In this document: positions 11,233 to 20,421 of the stretch, one piece after another
Position numbering within the stretch: the first letter of the stretch is position 1
How the letters are laid out: each line of letters starts with the position of its first letter
Source: an uncultured Pseudomonadota bacterium
Lineage (GTDB): Bacteria; Myxococcota_A; Polyangia; Fen-1088
Assembly: GCA_963831685.1 (NCBI GenBank)
Contig: CAWHRJ010000002.1
Location: 675,188 to 739,187 of the forward strand
Reading direction: 5' to 3'
Length of the DNA stretch: 64,000 bases
Program-made: the position numbers and the translations under genes
Notes under the pieces: generated by a model
Told to the model about the DNA's origin: nothing
Database searches by the model: none
Seen by the model: only the letters and a program-made list of their open reading frames with translations

Positions 11233-11658
11233 ATGCGGCGGCTCGGTCTTGGGGTCCTCTACTTCGTTACGGCGGCGATCGCCCTGGGCGGCGTCGGCGA
11301 CCTCACGGTTCGGCACCTGTTCGACGTCCACACCCGGTACCTGACCAGCGGTGGGGGAGCCCCCGTCACGGCGGAGACCTCCTCCTTGGTCATTCACCTG
11401 ATTCACGCCCTCGGCGGCGGCCTGGTGGGCGTGGGCATCGCATCTTTCGCCCTCGTGCACTTCGCTTTGAGGCGAGGGCAGCGCTGGGCCGGGTTCACCG
11501 TGCTCGCCGCGACCTTGGCCAGCGAGGGCTCGAACGCGCTCGGGATGTATGCGGTCGGCTCCTTTTGGTACGTATCGGTCGGGTACATCGTCCTCACGCT
11601 CGTCGGCTTGGCGCTTGCGATGTCGCCCCCTGGACCCCAGCCTTCCCCGGCAACCTGA
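11233..11658 (+). CDS. Small integral membrane protein (about four TM helices)
   Basis: Tail of the chimeric 897-aa ORF, starting MRRLGLGVLYFVTAAIALGG, with hydrophobic segments throughout. Confidence 0.55.
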   Translation: MRRLGLGVLYFVTAAIALGGVGDLTVRHLFDVHTRYLTSGGGAPVTAETSSLVIHLIHALGGGLVGVGIASFALVHFALRRGQRWAGFTVLAATLASEGSNALGMYAVGSFWYVSVGYIVLTLVGLALAMSPPGPQPSPAT

Positions 11659-11668
11659 CCCGCGAACC

Positions 11669-12613
11669 ATGCGTTACCAGGACAAAGTCGTGGTCGTCAC
11701 CGGCGGCAGCAAGGGGATCGGGTTCGGGTGCGTGAAGACGTTCGTCGAGGACGGCGGCGCGGAGGTGGTCTTCTGCGCGCGCAAGGCCGACGAGGGGGAG
11801 GCGGTCGCCGCGCACCTCAACGCGCGCGGCCCCGGGCGGGCGCACTTCATCCCGTGCGACGTCAGCAAGGTCGACGAGCTCCGCGCGCTCATCGACCAGA
11901 CGGTCGCGCAGCACGGCCGCCTCGACTGCCTCATCAACAACGCCGGCTGGCACCCCGGCCACAAACCGATCGACGACTTCAGCGTCCAGGACTTCCGCAC
12001 GCTGCTGGACCTGAACCTGGTGAGCATCTTCGCCGCCTGCAAGTTCGCGTTGCCGCACCTACGCAAGACCAAGGGCAACATCATCAACATCTCCAGCCTG
12101 GTCGGGGCCATGGGGCAGTTGCATGCCACAACGTATGTGGCGACGAAGGGCGCGATCACCGCGTTCACCAAGGCGCTGGCCATCGACGAGGCCGAGCACG
12201 AGGTGCGGGTGAACTCCGTGTCGCCGGGGAACGTGTACACGCCGCTCTGGCAGGAGGCGATCGACGCGTCGGCGGATCCGGCGGCGACGCGCGCGGCGGG
12301 CGACGCGGCGCAGTTGCTCGGGCGGATGGGGACGATCGAGGAGGCGGGGCGGCTGTGTCTGTACTTGGCGGCGGAGGCGACGTTCACGACGGGGGTCGAT
12401 CACGTGCTGTCGGGGGGGGCGGAGTTGGGGTACGGGACGGAAGACGAGGCGGGGGTGAGCGCCTTGCTCAAGAACACCGCTCCCAGTCAGGTCCTGCTGG
12501 ACATCCCCCGCCGACCTCCCGAGGTGAACTCATCGGGAAGACTCCAGCCGGCTCCGAAGCGCAGGCACCGCGGCTGGCCACACGCCGCTATTGCGCGGGC
12601 AGGCTCATGCTGA
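11669..12613 (+). CDS. SDR of the HSD17B14/DHRS10 type, candidate L-fucose dehydrogenase; 3' end uncertain
   Basis: MRYQDKVVVVTGGSKGIG...GRLDCLINNAG...GNIINISSLVGAMGQ...YVATKGAITAFTKALAIDE...VRVNSVSPGN.YTPLW...GRMG...GGAELGYG is collinear, from memory, with human HSD17B14. About 55 extra C-terminal residues run into the AT-richer island. Confidence 0.75.
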   Translation: MRYQDKVVVVTGGSKGIGFGCVKTFVEDGGAEVVFCARKADEGEAVAAHLNARGPGRAHFIPCDVSKVDELRALIDQTVAQHGRLDCLINNAGWHPGHKPIDDFSVQDFRTLLDLNLVSIFAACKFALPHLRKTKGNIINISSLVGAMGQLHATTYVATKGAITAFTKALAIDEAEHEVRVNSVSPGNVYTPLWQEAIDASADPAATRAAGDAAQLLGRMGTIEEAGRLCLYLAAEATFTTGVDHVLSGGAELGYGTEDEAGVSALLKNTAPSQVLLDIPRRPPEVNSSGRLQPAPKRRHRGWPHAAIARAGSC

Positions 12614-12650
12614 CCGCCACCCTTCGTCCAGAAGTCGTTTGGCGGCTTGC

Positions 12651-13400
12651 ATGACAGCGCCTTCTCGCGCGCGATACACCAAAATCCAGCCTGGACGACG
12701 TTATAGAATCTCGTTCACCATCGATTCGGTGGCCGGGAGCTCCCCCGATGCCGCAAGAGCGATTAGAAGCATCTTCGAGACATATCGGGCCCAAACCCTC
12801 GCAAAACATACGATCGTAGAGAAGTATCTGTTCGCCTACTTCAATATTCTAAAAGGGCGGAACACCAACCTCATCTACGTCGACGGCTTCGCCGGTCGCG
12901 GAACATACGACGCAGAAGGTGGCAAGGCAGTCCCCGGCTCGCCGATCCGGGCACTTCGCTAGAATCGCTTCCCTGCCCGACCTGTCGAAGAAGGTAAGCA
13001 CGACATTCATTGAGAAGGATCCGGTCGCTCTTCGAAAAGCTCCGCGGAGCCGTCGACGACTTCCGAAAAGCAACTCCGTCGATCCGGGAGCCGCACCTTT
13101 TCAACGGCGATTTCGGCAAAGGAGATTTCGAACGTTCTCGACGGACTCGCAGACGAGGGATACACCCTCGCGCCTTCGTTCTTCTTCATCGACCCCTGTG
13201 GAGTTGATGGCGTCGACTTCTCAGTGATTGACCGCGTGCTACGAAACAACGGCGCCTGCGAAGTCTTCATCTTTTTCAACATAGAGGGTGTTTGACGCAT
13301 TCTGGGACTTAAGGACGCGATGGGTGAGACTCTTGCTCGCCTGCTCGGCTCCCGGGCACGTGCAGATGAACTCCTAGTCACCGTCGGCAGCGCCGCGATG
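12651..13400 (+). pseudogene. TcmP-like (three-Cys-motif partner protein family) gene, decayed
   Basis: KHTIVEKYLFAYFNILKGRNTNLIYVDGFAGRGTY...GSPIRAL ends at a stop at 12960. It continues in other frames (IASLPDLSKKVSTTFIEKDPV; LFEKLRGAVDDFRK; EISNVLDGLADEGYTLAPSFFFIDPCGVDGVDFSVIDRVL...CEVFIFFNIEGV*RILG), with an in-frame TGA. Confidence 0.55.
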
Positions 13401-14334
13401 GAAAAAGCCGACAAGGTTGACCCTTTGCTTCTTGATAGCCAGTGCCACAGCGGAACGGTCTCACCAGGGAAATGCACGACTCCCGTAGGACGAGCCCATT
13501 TAGCTCACGTCGCCCGAATGAGACGTTCGCCCGTTCATGATAAAGCAGGTTGGAATCATGAATTCCCAACACGGGATCGTCATTTCCTGGACGACTGAAT
13601 AGCGTCCCCAATAGTCTGAAGCGAGCAACCTCTGCTGGTGACACAGCCTGGGTCGCATCCTCCGTCTTGGGCAGAAATGCATTGACGAATCGCATGCTCT
13701 CGTCGGAGATGGGATCCTGCTTTTGGGGACCCGGTTGTAACACCTGTGGCGTCCCTCCTGGCGTTGCCGGTGCCTGCGTGCGATTAAGCTGATCAGCAGA
13801 GTCCTTCTTCTGAAGAGTGATCAGATACGCCGATATGCAGCGGCGCAACTTAGTGGCAAAGGTCGCCTCGGAAAAATCTTCGAATAGCAGCAGCTTCGTA
13901 TCGACGATCTTCTTTTTGAATGCAATTACCTTCTGTAACTGATCGCCTGGATCTCTCATAAACTGCTCATCGATGTTCTTGAAGAACAAGCTAATTTCTG
14001 GCCGCCCCTCTCGCGCACGGCGAGCGACTGAGAGCTCGAATTCCTCCTCGAACCCGGAGGCATACGCACCTGTCGTGTCGGGCGGAGTACCCCATTTCTT
14101 CCACACCATGCCAATAAATAGTTCGCATCGTTCTAGATCACGATTGATTGTCGCCTGTGGGCGACCAAAGACGGAAACGGTGTCTTCCCATCCAATCAGC
14201 TCCACTTGGTAGCCGAAGGCATTTGCAAATATCGTATTCACCTCGTCGGCAACCGTTTTGGCGATGCGTCGTTCGTCAGACAAATCACCAGGAGATGCGA
14301 GAAAGATGTTTACCAGCTTGCGACTGTCAGCCAC
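13378..14334 (-). CDS. DUF4062-like domain protein (nucleoside 2-deoxyribosyltransferase/TIR-like fold), probably 3'-truncated
   Basis: VNIFLASPGDLSDERRIAKTVADEV...GYQVELIGWED...INRDLERCELFIGMVWKKWGT...GFEEEFELS...GRPEISLFF fits the DUF4062 pattern (FISS..DL..ER......G.....E......I...L..CD.FI.I.G.RYG). Its C-terminal tail reads antisense through the tcmP remnant. Codon usage is AT-richer than the neighbours. Confidence 0.6.
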   Translation of the reverse strand: MADSRKLVNIFLASPGDLSDERRIAKTVADEVNTIFANAFGYQVELIGWEDTVSVFGRPQATINRDLERCELFIGMVWKKWGTPPDTTGAYASGFEEEFELSVARRAREGRPEISLFFKNIDEQFMRDPGDQLQKVIAFKKKIVDTKLLLFEDFSEATFATKLRRCISAYLITLQKKDSADQLNRTQAPATPGGTPQVLQPGPQKQDPISDESMRFVNAFLPKTEDATQAVSPAEVARFRLLGTLFSRPGNDDPVLGIHDSNLLYHERANVSFGRRELNGLVLRESCISLVRPFRCGTGYQEAKGQPCRLFPSRRCRR

Positions 14335-14538
14335 GCTGTCTGCTCCAGATGGTGGAGGGATCTGATCTTTGGTGGTCAGGTCCGATGAGGATCTGACAGA
14401 GGATGTGTGGGGTCAAGGGTAGGCGATCTGTCAACAAACGTGCGGGTTCGGTGGTAGCCGTTGAGATGGGCCGACCTATCTCGCGTCGGAAGGACGCTGG
14501 ACGGTGTTTGGAGAACGCCTGGCAACTCAGCGCAGGTA

Positions 14539-15011
14539 TGACCCAGCCTCCAGCCCATACCGCAGCCGCACCACCCCGCTCCCGAGCGCCTCACTCCCGA
14601 CGAACCGTAGCCGCACCTTCCCCGCCAGCCCCGCCGCCTACGGCACCTCGAACACCCCGGTCACGCCCACCGCCCCGTCAATCGCCGGCGCGACCAGCAA
14701 GCTTGATCTCGTCGACCACCCCCGCCGCCAGCAGCGAGCCGTTCACGTTGCCGCCACCCTCGACGAGCAACCGCTTGATGCCGAGCTCGCGTCCGAGCAG
14801 CTCGAACAGCGGCCGCGCCGCCATCTCATCATCCGCCGCCACGACGTACGACACGCCGTCGCCCGCCAGCTCGGCGAGGTGGGCGTCCGGCACGCCCGGG
14901 CCGAGCAGCACGACGGCGTGGTCGCCTCCGATGTCGGGCTTGGCGAAGTGCAGCTTGCCGCGGCGGTCGAAGGCGATCGCGTACGTCCCGGCGTCGCGCT
15001 TCGCGAAGTGG
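14539..15011. repeat. Direct repeat copy A (pairs with 16465-16936)
   Basis: Base-by-base comparison by eye shows scattered mismatches and one 1-nt indel over about 470 nt. Confidence 0.8.
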
Positions 15012-15031
15012 CGCCGCCGCGACCGATCCAT
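14539..15031 (-). pseudogene. RibD_C/dihydrofolate-reductase-like gene copy lacking its 5' third and frameshifted
   Basis: About 470 nt are near-identical to 16465-16936 and encode HFAKRDAGTYAIAFDR.GKLHFAKPDIGGDH.VVLLGPGVPDAHLAELAGD. An extra T near 14703 (agcaagcTTgatctc versus agcaagctgatctc) breaks the frame. Confidence 0.7.
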
Positions 15032-15034
15032 GGG

Positions 15035-16390
15035 TCACTCGTGGTGTTGCGTTGCCTCATCCGCCGAAATCTTGATGATCTGCCTCTCGCTCGGCTCGAC
15101 CCTCGCCAGCTGGCCCAGGTTCTTGCCGATGAGCACGCTGTCTCCGGCGACCCGCAGGACGCCATCCCATCGGTCGCCGAGGCCGATCTCTGAATCCTCT
15201 TGATGACGATCCGATTCCGCGCGCGATCCCGTTCCACGCGCAGGCACAAGAGACTCTCGAAGGCCCCGGAGCCGCCACCCGACATCGTCGTGAGCAAGAC
15301 ATCTATGCCCGAGGACGTACGGCCCGCGTAGGAGTAGCCGAACTCGGGCGGGCGGTCGCCGGGATCGTCGACCTTGCCTTGGTAGTAAACGTACGGGTTG
15401 TGGGTCGCCGGGGCGTTCCGGGTGGCGGCCTTGCCGAAGTAGCAATCGAGTCGATCCGCACGACCGAGATCGATCGCGACGAGGGAGCGCGGCGGTGGTT
15501 GCTCGCTGCTCATCGGCTCGGTGAGCTTCTCGATCACCTCGGGGCGGAACGGTGCGTGCACGAACGAACCGGGCAATGACGTATCCGAGTCCTTCGAGGC
15601 ACTGACACCGCTTGCTGCTGCCGTGGCGATGGCGCCGTCGAGGACAGCGATCCGTTGCCCATAGGTTTGGCGCAGACAGGCGACGTCGCCGCACTTGTCG
15701 CGCGTCCCCGTGAGCCAGCCCCGCTGTTCAGCCTTGAGGTTCTGGCCCTGGGAGCTCACCGCCAGCGCAAAGGCATAGGGAATCGCCGAGCCTTCCGTCG
15801 AGCTCGGCGGCCTGCTCGTCGCCGCAGATGAGCTTTTCGACCCTCGTCTTGGCCTCACCGCAGTCGAAGCTCGCCTGAACGCTGAGGAGCCCGAGCGCAC
15901 CCGCCAGCTTCTGATAGTCCGAATCGAGGTACTTCGCGACCGTATCCGCAATCCCACACCCTTCCGCCGTCGCGATGTTCTCTTCTGCCGTACCAGACCG
16001 GGCGCTCGACGCCTCGCATGCCTTCTGGAACGCCCTCAACCCCTCCCGCCGCGTCGCCTTCTCTTTGATGAGGATGCCCCCCAGGTTGAAACACCCGAGG
16101 CCATACCCCTTCTCGCACAGCGGACGCAGGTACTGGATGGCAGTCCGTTCGTCACCTCGTCCTTGCGCGTAGTCAACAGCGACGTTGTAGCAAGACTCAA
16201 AGGTCCCCTTTGCCTCGCAGTCTGCCTTCCAGGCTGCAAGCTCCTCCTTGCTGGCCACGTGAGCTCCAGGTGGAAGGAGGACTTCATCGGATCCTCTCGC
16301 CGATGGCGCACCGACACCCAGCACGAGTCCCGCTATGCACGCCACCCGAAAGGCGCACCAGAGCCTCTGACTGAGCCGCCTTTTGATCAT
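15035..16390 (-). pseudogene. Secreted Sel1-repeat plus DUF1311 (LprI-like) protein, two apparent frameshifts
   Basis: A signal peptide is followed by Sel1-like CYNVAVDYAQGRG..CEKGYGLGCFNLGGIL, then FDCGEAKTRVEKLICGDEQAAELDGRL. The shift lies near 15778-15785. It continues as YAFALAV...LKAEQRGWLTGTRDKCGDVACLRQTYGQRIAVL. A second shift near 15190-15195 leads to EIGLGDRWDG...ISADEATQHHE. Confidence 0.6.
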
Positions 16391-16439
16391 CGCCCTCTCT
16401 CCTCGGTCGTTCGCGGCTCCTCAATGTTACCCGAAAGAG
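16391..16439 (-). pseudogene. Remnant of a RelE/ParE toxin 3' end
   Basis: LFRVTLRSRERPRREG here compares with LLRVTLKERRTTEEMGQ at the end of 18309..18602. The nucleotide similarity also covers the RBS and the first 8 codons of the next gene (MIKRRLSQ versus MTKQWLSQ). Confidence 0.45.
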
Positions 16440-16464
16440 CCGCCTCAGGACCCACCCGTCGGCC

Positions 16465-16936
16465 TCACCCCGCCTCGACTCCATACCGTAGCCGAACCAC
16501 CCCGCTCCCAACCGCCTCACTCCCGACGAACCGTAACCGCACCTTCCCCGCCAGCCCCGCCGCCTCCGGCACCTCGAACACCCCCGTCACGCCCACCGCC
16601 CCGTCGATCGCCGGCGCGACCAGCAAGCTGATCTCGTCGACGACCCCCGCCGCCAGCAGCAACCCGTTTACGTTGCCGCCGCCCTCGACGAGCAGCCGCT
16701 TGATGCCGAGCTCGCGTCCGAGCAGCTCGAACAGCGGGCGCGCCGCCATCGCCTCGTCGGGCGCCACGACGTACGACACGCTGTCGCCCGCCAGCTCGGC
16801 GAGGTGGGCGTCCGGGACGCCCGGGCCGAGCAGCACGACGACGTGGTCGCCGCCGATGTCGGGCTTGGCGAAGTGCAGCTTGCCCGAGCGGTCGAAGGCG
16901 ATCGCGTACGTCCCGGCGTCGCGCTTCGCGAAGTGG
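16465..16936. repeat. Direct repeat copy B (pairs with 14539-15011)
   Basis: See copy A. Confidence 0.8.
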
Positions 16937-17166
16937 TGCGGGCGCGCGACCTTCTCGGGGCTCGCGGGCGGGTGCGGCGTCCCCTTGCTCATCTCCGCCA
17001 TCGTCACGCGCCCGACCAGCCAGGCGTCGCCGGCCAGCGTGCCGTGCACGTCCTCGTACACCTTCGTCCAGTCCTGGCGGTTGCCGTCCGGGCTCGCCGT
17101 CCAGCGGCTCGGGTGAATGCGGCCGTCCAGGGAAACCATCATGTGGCAGATGACGTAGGGCTTCAT
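16465..17166 (-). CDS. RibD C-terminal domain / dihydrofolate reductase family protein
   Basis: 233 aa. MKPYVICHMMVSLDGRI...LLVEGGGNVNGLLLAAGVVDEISLLVAPAIDG is the typical RibD_C pattern. Confidence 0.85.
   Translation of the reverse strand: MKPYVICHMMVSLDGRIHPSRWTASPDGNRQDWTKVYEDVHGTLAGDAWLVGRVTMAEMSKGTPHPPASPEKVARPHHFAKRDAGTYAIAFDRSGKLHFAKPDIGGDHVVVLLGPGVPDAHLAELAGDSVSYVVAPDEAMAARPLFELLGRELGIKRLLVEGGGNVNGLLLAAGVVDEISLLVAPAIDGAVGVTGVFEVPEAAGLAGKVRLRFVGSEAVGSGVVRLRYGVEAG
17073..17166. repeat. 94-nt direct repeat, copy 1 (5' end of the ribD_C-like gene)
   Basis: Near-identical to 17783-17876. Confidence 0.8.
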
Positions 17167-17774
17167 GTCGGCGGTGATAGCACCGGAGCGACCTGGCCGC
17201 AGTCGCTACGAGGAGGAGCCAGGTGGGTCAGGTCGGGGGACGCCTTGGGGCACTCGTGGTCGACGAAGACCTCAGCTTTGAAGTCGTACACCGCTGGCCG
17301 CCAATGGTTGCGAACGAAAGGAACCGAACCCTCGGGCCGTACCTGATAGAAGCGCCCGGGGTACGCCCTGAAACAGACGGGGAGTGCGTGCGTGGAGACC
17401 ATCGCTAGGTTGCCGGGAAGTGGGGTGAACATCACGGCGAACATCGAATGTTCGCCCGGAAGGATCTCCAGATAGTCCGGCTCCCTCGGCATGGCGCTTT
17501 GTCGTAGGACGATCTCCGTGCCGTCCTCGCTGGCGTTCGAGGCGGCTTGGTCGTTGCTCCATGTACCCTCGACCGGAATACCGTCCATACTCACCACGAT
17601 CGTCCGGTCTCCCTTCACGTGAGCGACCTCAGAGTCTGGACGCCGGGGTCCGCCGTAGAGGACCTGGATGCTGAAGCAACTCGAGACGGCGGCGAGGCTC
17701 AGAATGGCCGCGACGACGGGCAGTCCGGGCACACGACAGACGAGATGAGTCAGACTCCCACGGTCGCGGGCCAC
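17163..17774 (-). CDS. Lipoprotein of unknown function
   Basis: An internal GTG (VARDRGSLTHLVCRVPGLPVVAAILSLAAVSSC) gives a signal peptide plus lipobox. The stop overlaps the ribD_C-like ATG (ATGA). The ORF-track N-terminus is a duplicated ribD_C-like 5' fragment. Confidence 0.55.
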   Translation of the reverse strand: MARDRGSLTHLVCRVPGLPVVAAILSLAAVSSCFSIQVLYGGPRRPDSEVAHVKGDRTIVVSMDGIPVEGTWSNDQAASNASEDGTEIVLRQSAMPREPDYLEILPGEHSMFAVMFTPLPGNLAMVSTHALPVCFRAYPGRFYQVRPEGSVPFVRNHWRPAVYDFKAEVFVDHECPKASPDLTHLAPPRSDCGQVAPVLSPPT

Positions 17775-17782
17775 GCGACGCG

Positions 17783-17876
17783 CCTGGCGGTTGCCGTCCG
17801 GGCTCGCCGTCCAGCGGCTCGGGTGAATGCGACCGTCCAGCGAGACCATCATGTGGCAGATGACGTGCGGCTTCAT
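17783..17876 (-). pseudogene. Orphan 5' fragment (31 codons) of a ribD_C-like gene; 94-nt direct repeat copy 2
   Basis: MKPHVICHMMVSLDGRIHPSRWTASPDGNRQ compares with MKPYVICHMMVSLDGRIHPSRWTASPDGNRQ of 16465..17166. Confidence 0.7.
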
Positions 17877-18100
17877 GCGCGGGCGTTGATCCGACGGCGT
17901 GCCGCTGCGAGTGCCACCGGGCCGTCCACCATCTCGCCCCGATCGGCCTCGTCGATCGCCTCCGCGATCCCACGTTGCTGATCGGTCGATAGAGACGGCG
18001 CTACGACATCGAGGACCCCGCGAAGAACCTCCATCCGCTCGTCTGCAGGAAGCTGACGTATTTCTTCGAGAATTCTCTGCGCGCGCGTCGCTGAGCTCAC
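17873..18100 (-). CDS. Addiction-module-component-type small protein (putative antitoxin)
   Basis: 75 aa. RILEEIRQLPADERMEVLRGVLD...GIAEAIDEADRGEMVDGP resembles the 'putative addiction module component' family pattern. 4-nt overlaps on both sides. Confidence 0.55.
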   Translation of the reverse strand: MSSATRAQRILEEIRQLPADERMEVLRGVLDVVAPSLSTDQQRGIAEAIDEADRGEMVDGPVALAAARRRINARA

Positions 18101-18312
18101 GCCGCGTTGAGCGCCCGGTGCCGCTCGGTCAACGCATCCTCGAACGGCCCGAGGTCGATCCCCATCTCTCGCGCCGCCGCGAGCCCGCGGAGGATCTCCT
18201 TGGCCGCACCCGGCGAGCCGTCATAGGCGGAGATGTCCTTGGTGAGCTGGGCCGCGATCCGGTCGCGCATGTGCTCATCGATCTGTTCCTGACTGAGCCA
18301 CTGCTTGGTCAT
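18097..18312 (-). CDS. 71-aa protein downstream of the RelE/ParE toxin, putative antitoxin
   Basis: The ORF is tightly coupled (ATGA) to the toxin stop. I see no recognisable family. Confidence 0.45.
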   Translation of the reverse strand: MTKQWLSQEQIDEHMRDRIAAQLTKDISAYDGSPGAAKEILRGLAAAREMGIDLGPFEDALTERHRALNAA

Positions 18313-18602
18313 TGCCCCATCTCCTCAGTCGTCCGCCGCTCCTTCAATGTTACCCGAAGCAAGCTCACCGTGTGCTGGTGAACCGAGTACAGCACCCGGT
18401 ATCGCCCGACCTGGAGTTGCCAGGTCGCGTCCAAACACCAGGAAATCTGCCTCTCCAGCGGCCGGCGGTTCCGAACGGGGTGCTCCGCCTGGTCCCGGAG
18501 AACCAGGACGGCACTGCGGATGACCGGCCCGTCGTAGGCGGGAATCTCATCCAGGTCTCGGTCGAACTCGACGGTGTAGCGTAGCTCGTAGCGGGGAGGC
18601 AT
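18309..18602 (-). CDS. RelE/ParE family toxin
   Basis: 97 aa. YELRYTVEFDRDLDEIP...WQLQVGRYRVLYSVHQHTVSLLRV matches the RelE/ParE signature (.R.RVGdYRviY.v.....v.vl.v). Confidence 0.8.
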   Translation of the reverse strand: MPPRYELRYTVEFDRDLDEIPAYDGPVIRSAVLVLRDQAEHPVRNRRPLERQISWCLDATWQLQVGRYRVLYSVHQHTVSLLRVTLKERRTTEEMGQ

Positions 18603-18759
18603 CCAGGAGCGTTTTCGCGGTCGCTCGGAGAATGGTTGCTTGGAAAACGAACAACAACGCTCGTGGACGCGGGACGCGCACTCCAGCCGTCGAGCGATGC
18701 CCGTTCAGTCCACCCGCCGCGACCTGATATCATCGCCCGGCGAAGGAGACGCCGCTGAC

Positions 18760-19324
18760 ATGGAGATGGCGTATCGCGCGCGGTGGCAGGCGGAGATCGC
18801 GGAGATGCGGCGGGTGCTCGCCGGCCCGGCGATGAAGGAGGAGTGTAAGTGGGGCAAGCCCACCTACACGGTGGATGGGAAGAACGTCGTCATCTTGCAG
18901 GGCTTCAAGGAGTACTTCGCGCTGGGCTTCTTTCAGGGCGCCCTGCTGAAGGATCCCAAGAAGGTGCTGGTGCAGCTCGGTCAGGTGCAGGCCGGGCGGG
19001 TGATGAAGTTCACCAGCGCGAAGGAGCATCGCGGCGAAGGCGGCGACCATCAAGGCCTACGTGCGCGAGGCCATCGCCGTCGACAAGGCTGGGCTGCGGA
19101 TGAAGCCGAAGAAGACCTCGGACTATCCGGTTCCCGAGGAGCTGACGGAGCGGTTCCGAAGAGACCCGCGTTTCAAGCGCGCCTTCGAGGCGCTGACGCC
19201 GGGCCGGCAGCGGAGTTACCTCTATCACTTCGGCGCGGCCAAGCAGTCGGCGACGCGGGTGGCGCGAATCGAGAAGGCGAGGCCGGCGATCTTCGAAGGC
19301 AGAGGGTTCCTGGAGAGGCGCTAG
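18760..19324 (+). pseudogene. YdeI/DUF1801-type protein with one frameshift
   Basis: MEMAYRARWQAEIAEMRRVL...KWGKPTYTVDGKNVVILQGFKEYFALGFF..FTSAKE shifts near 19027-19030 and continues IAAKAATIKAYVREAIAVDKAGL...LTPGRQRSYLYHFGAAKQSATRVARIEKA. GAAGGAG lies upstream of the ATG. Confidence 0.7.
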
Positions 19325-19338
19325 GCTAAACTCCGCCC

Positions 19339-19872
19339 GTGCGCATCGAAGCCATCTCCGTCGGGCGGAATCCGCCCGACGAGGTCAACGTCATCGTCGA
19401 GGTCCCGGTCGGTGGCGAGCCGATCAAGTACGAGATGGACAAGAACGCCGGGACGTTGGTCGTCGACCGATTTCTCTACACGTCGATGCGCTACCCGGGA
19501 AACTACGGCTTCATTCCGCATACCCTCTCCGGCGACGGCGACCCGGTCGACGTGCTGGTCGCCAACCAGCGCGGCATCGTCCCGGGCGCCGTCATGGCGG
19601 TCCGTCCCGTCGGCGTCCTGCGCATGCAAGACGAGGCGGGCGTCGACGAGAAGATCGTCGCCGTCCCCGTGTCGCGCCTGACCCGCCGGTACGAGCAGAT
19701 CCGCAGCTACACCGACCTCCCCGAGATCACGGTCAAGCAGATCGAGCACTTCTTCGCGCACTACAAGGACCTCGAGGACGACAAGTGGGTGAAGGTTCTC
19801 GGGTGGGGCGGCGTCGACGACGCCAGGAAGGCGATCGTCGACGGGATCGCCCGCGCGAAGGGCGACCGCTAG
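19339..19872 (+). CDS. ppa: Inorganic pyrophosphatase
   Basis: 177 aa. [48 protein letters not shown] is the classic family I PPase pattern. GTG start. Confidence 0.95.
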   Translation: MRIEAISVGRNPPDEVNVIVEVPVGGEPIKYEMDKNAGTLVVDRFLYTSMRYPGNYGFIPHTLSGDGDPVDVLVANQRGIVPGAVMAVRPVGVLRMQDEAGVDEKIVAVPVSRLTRRYEQIRSYTDLPEITVKQIEHFFAHYKDLEDDKWVKVLGWGGVDDARKAIVDGIARAKGDR

Positions 19873-20228
19873 AAGGGCATCAGTCCGATCCACTGCGGGT
19901 ACCAGACGGTCCACGTACCGGTCAGCGCGGGGGAGGTCAGATTGATCGTCGAGCAGGAGACGCAGCCGACGGAGATCTTGTGCCCCTTCTGCCAGGCGGC
20001 GGCGAGCATGGTGGTGTAGGCGTCGAACCCGGGGTCGGTCGAGGGGATGTACCAGGCGTAGCCACCCGATTGGAAAATCGTATAGATCGTACCGTTGGTC
20101 CCTTGGACCGTCTGCAGGTTGTAGACGGTGTCCGTGTAGCTGCCCGCGTGTGCCGGCGACGCGGACGTGCAGAGAGCGATGGCGGCGGCGATCAACGAGA
20201 ACTTCACGGCGCGAATGAACGTCTTCAT
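19869..20228 (-). CDS. Small secreted protein, unknown function
   Basis: Internal [31 protein letters not shown] (signal peptide) with AGGAGA upstream. Confidence 0.55.
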   Translation of the reverse strand: MKTFIRAVKFSLIAAAIALCTSASPAHAGSYTDTVYNLQTVQGTNGTIYTIFQSGGYAWYIPSTDPGFDAYTTMLAAAWQKGHKISVGCVSCSTINLTSPALTGTWTVWYPQWIGLMPF

Positions 20229-20421
20229 GGCGATCTCCTGGTGTCTCTTTGGTGGCCGCTCCGACCGATGACGAATCGCGCGGGCGACATCGGTCGCGGC
20301 CTCCGGTCGGTTGGTCGGTGCCCGCGCTTTTTTGTCTCGTCTGACAGGTGCGGGACTCCGCCAGTTCATCCACAAAATTCTTGCCGGGCGTGCGGATGAC
20401 CACGCGCTGGGGCGAAGGCCC

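Noticed and set aside
12400-14470. A tRNA gene or direct-repeat att sites flanking the AT-richer island.
   Set aside because: No cloverleaf-like sequence or GGTTCGAATCC-type T-arm is visible at either boundary, and I found no flanking direct repeats.
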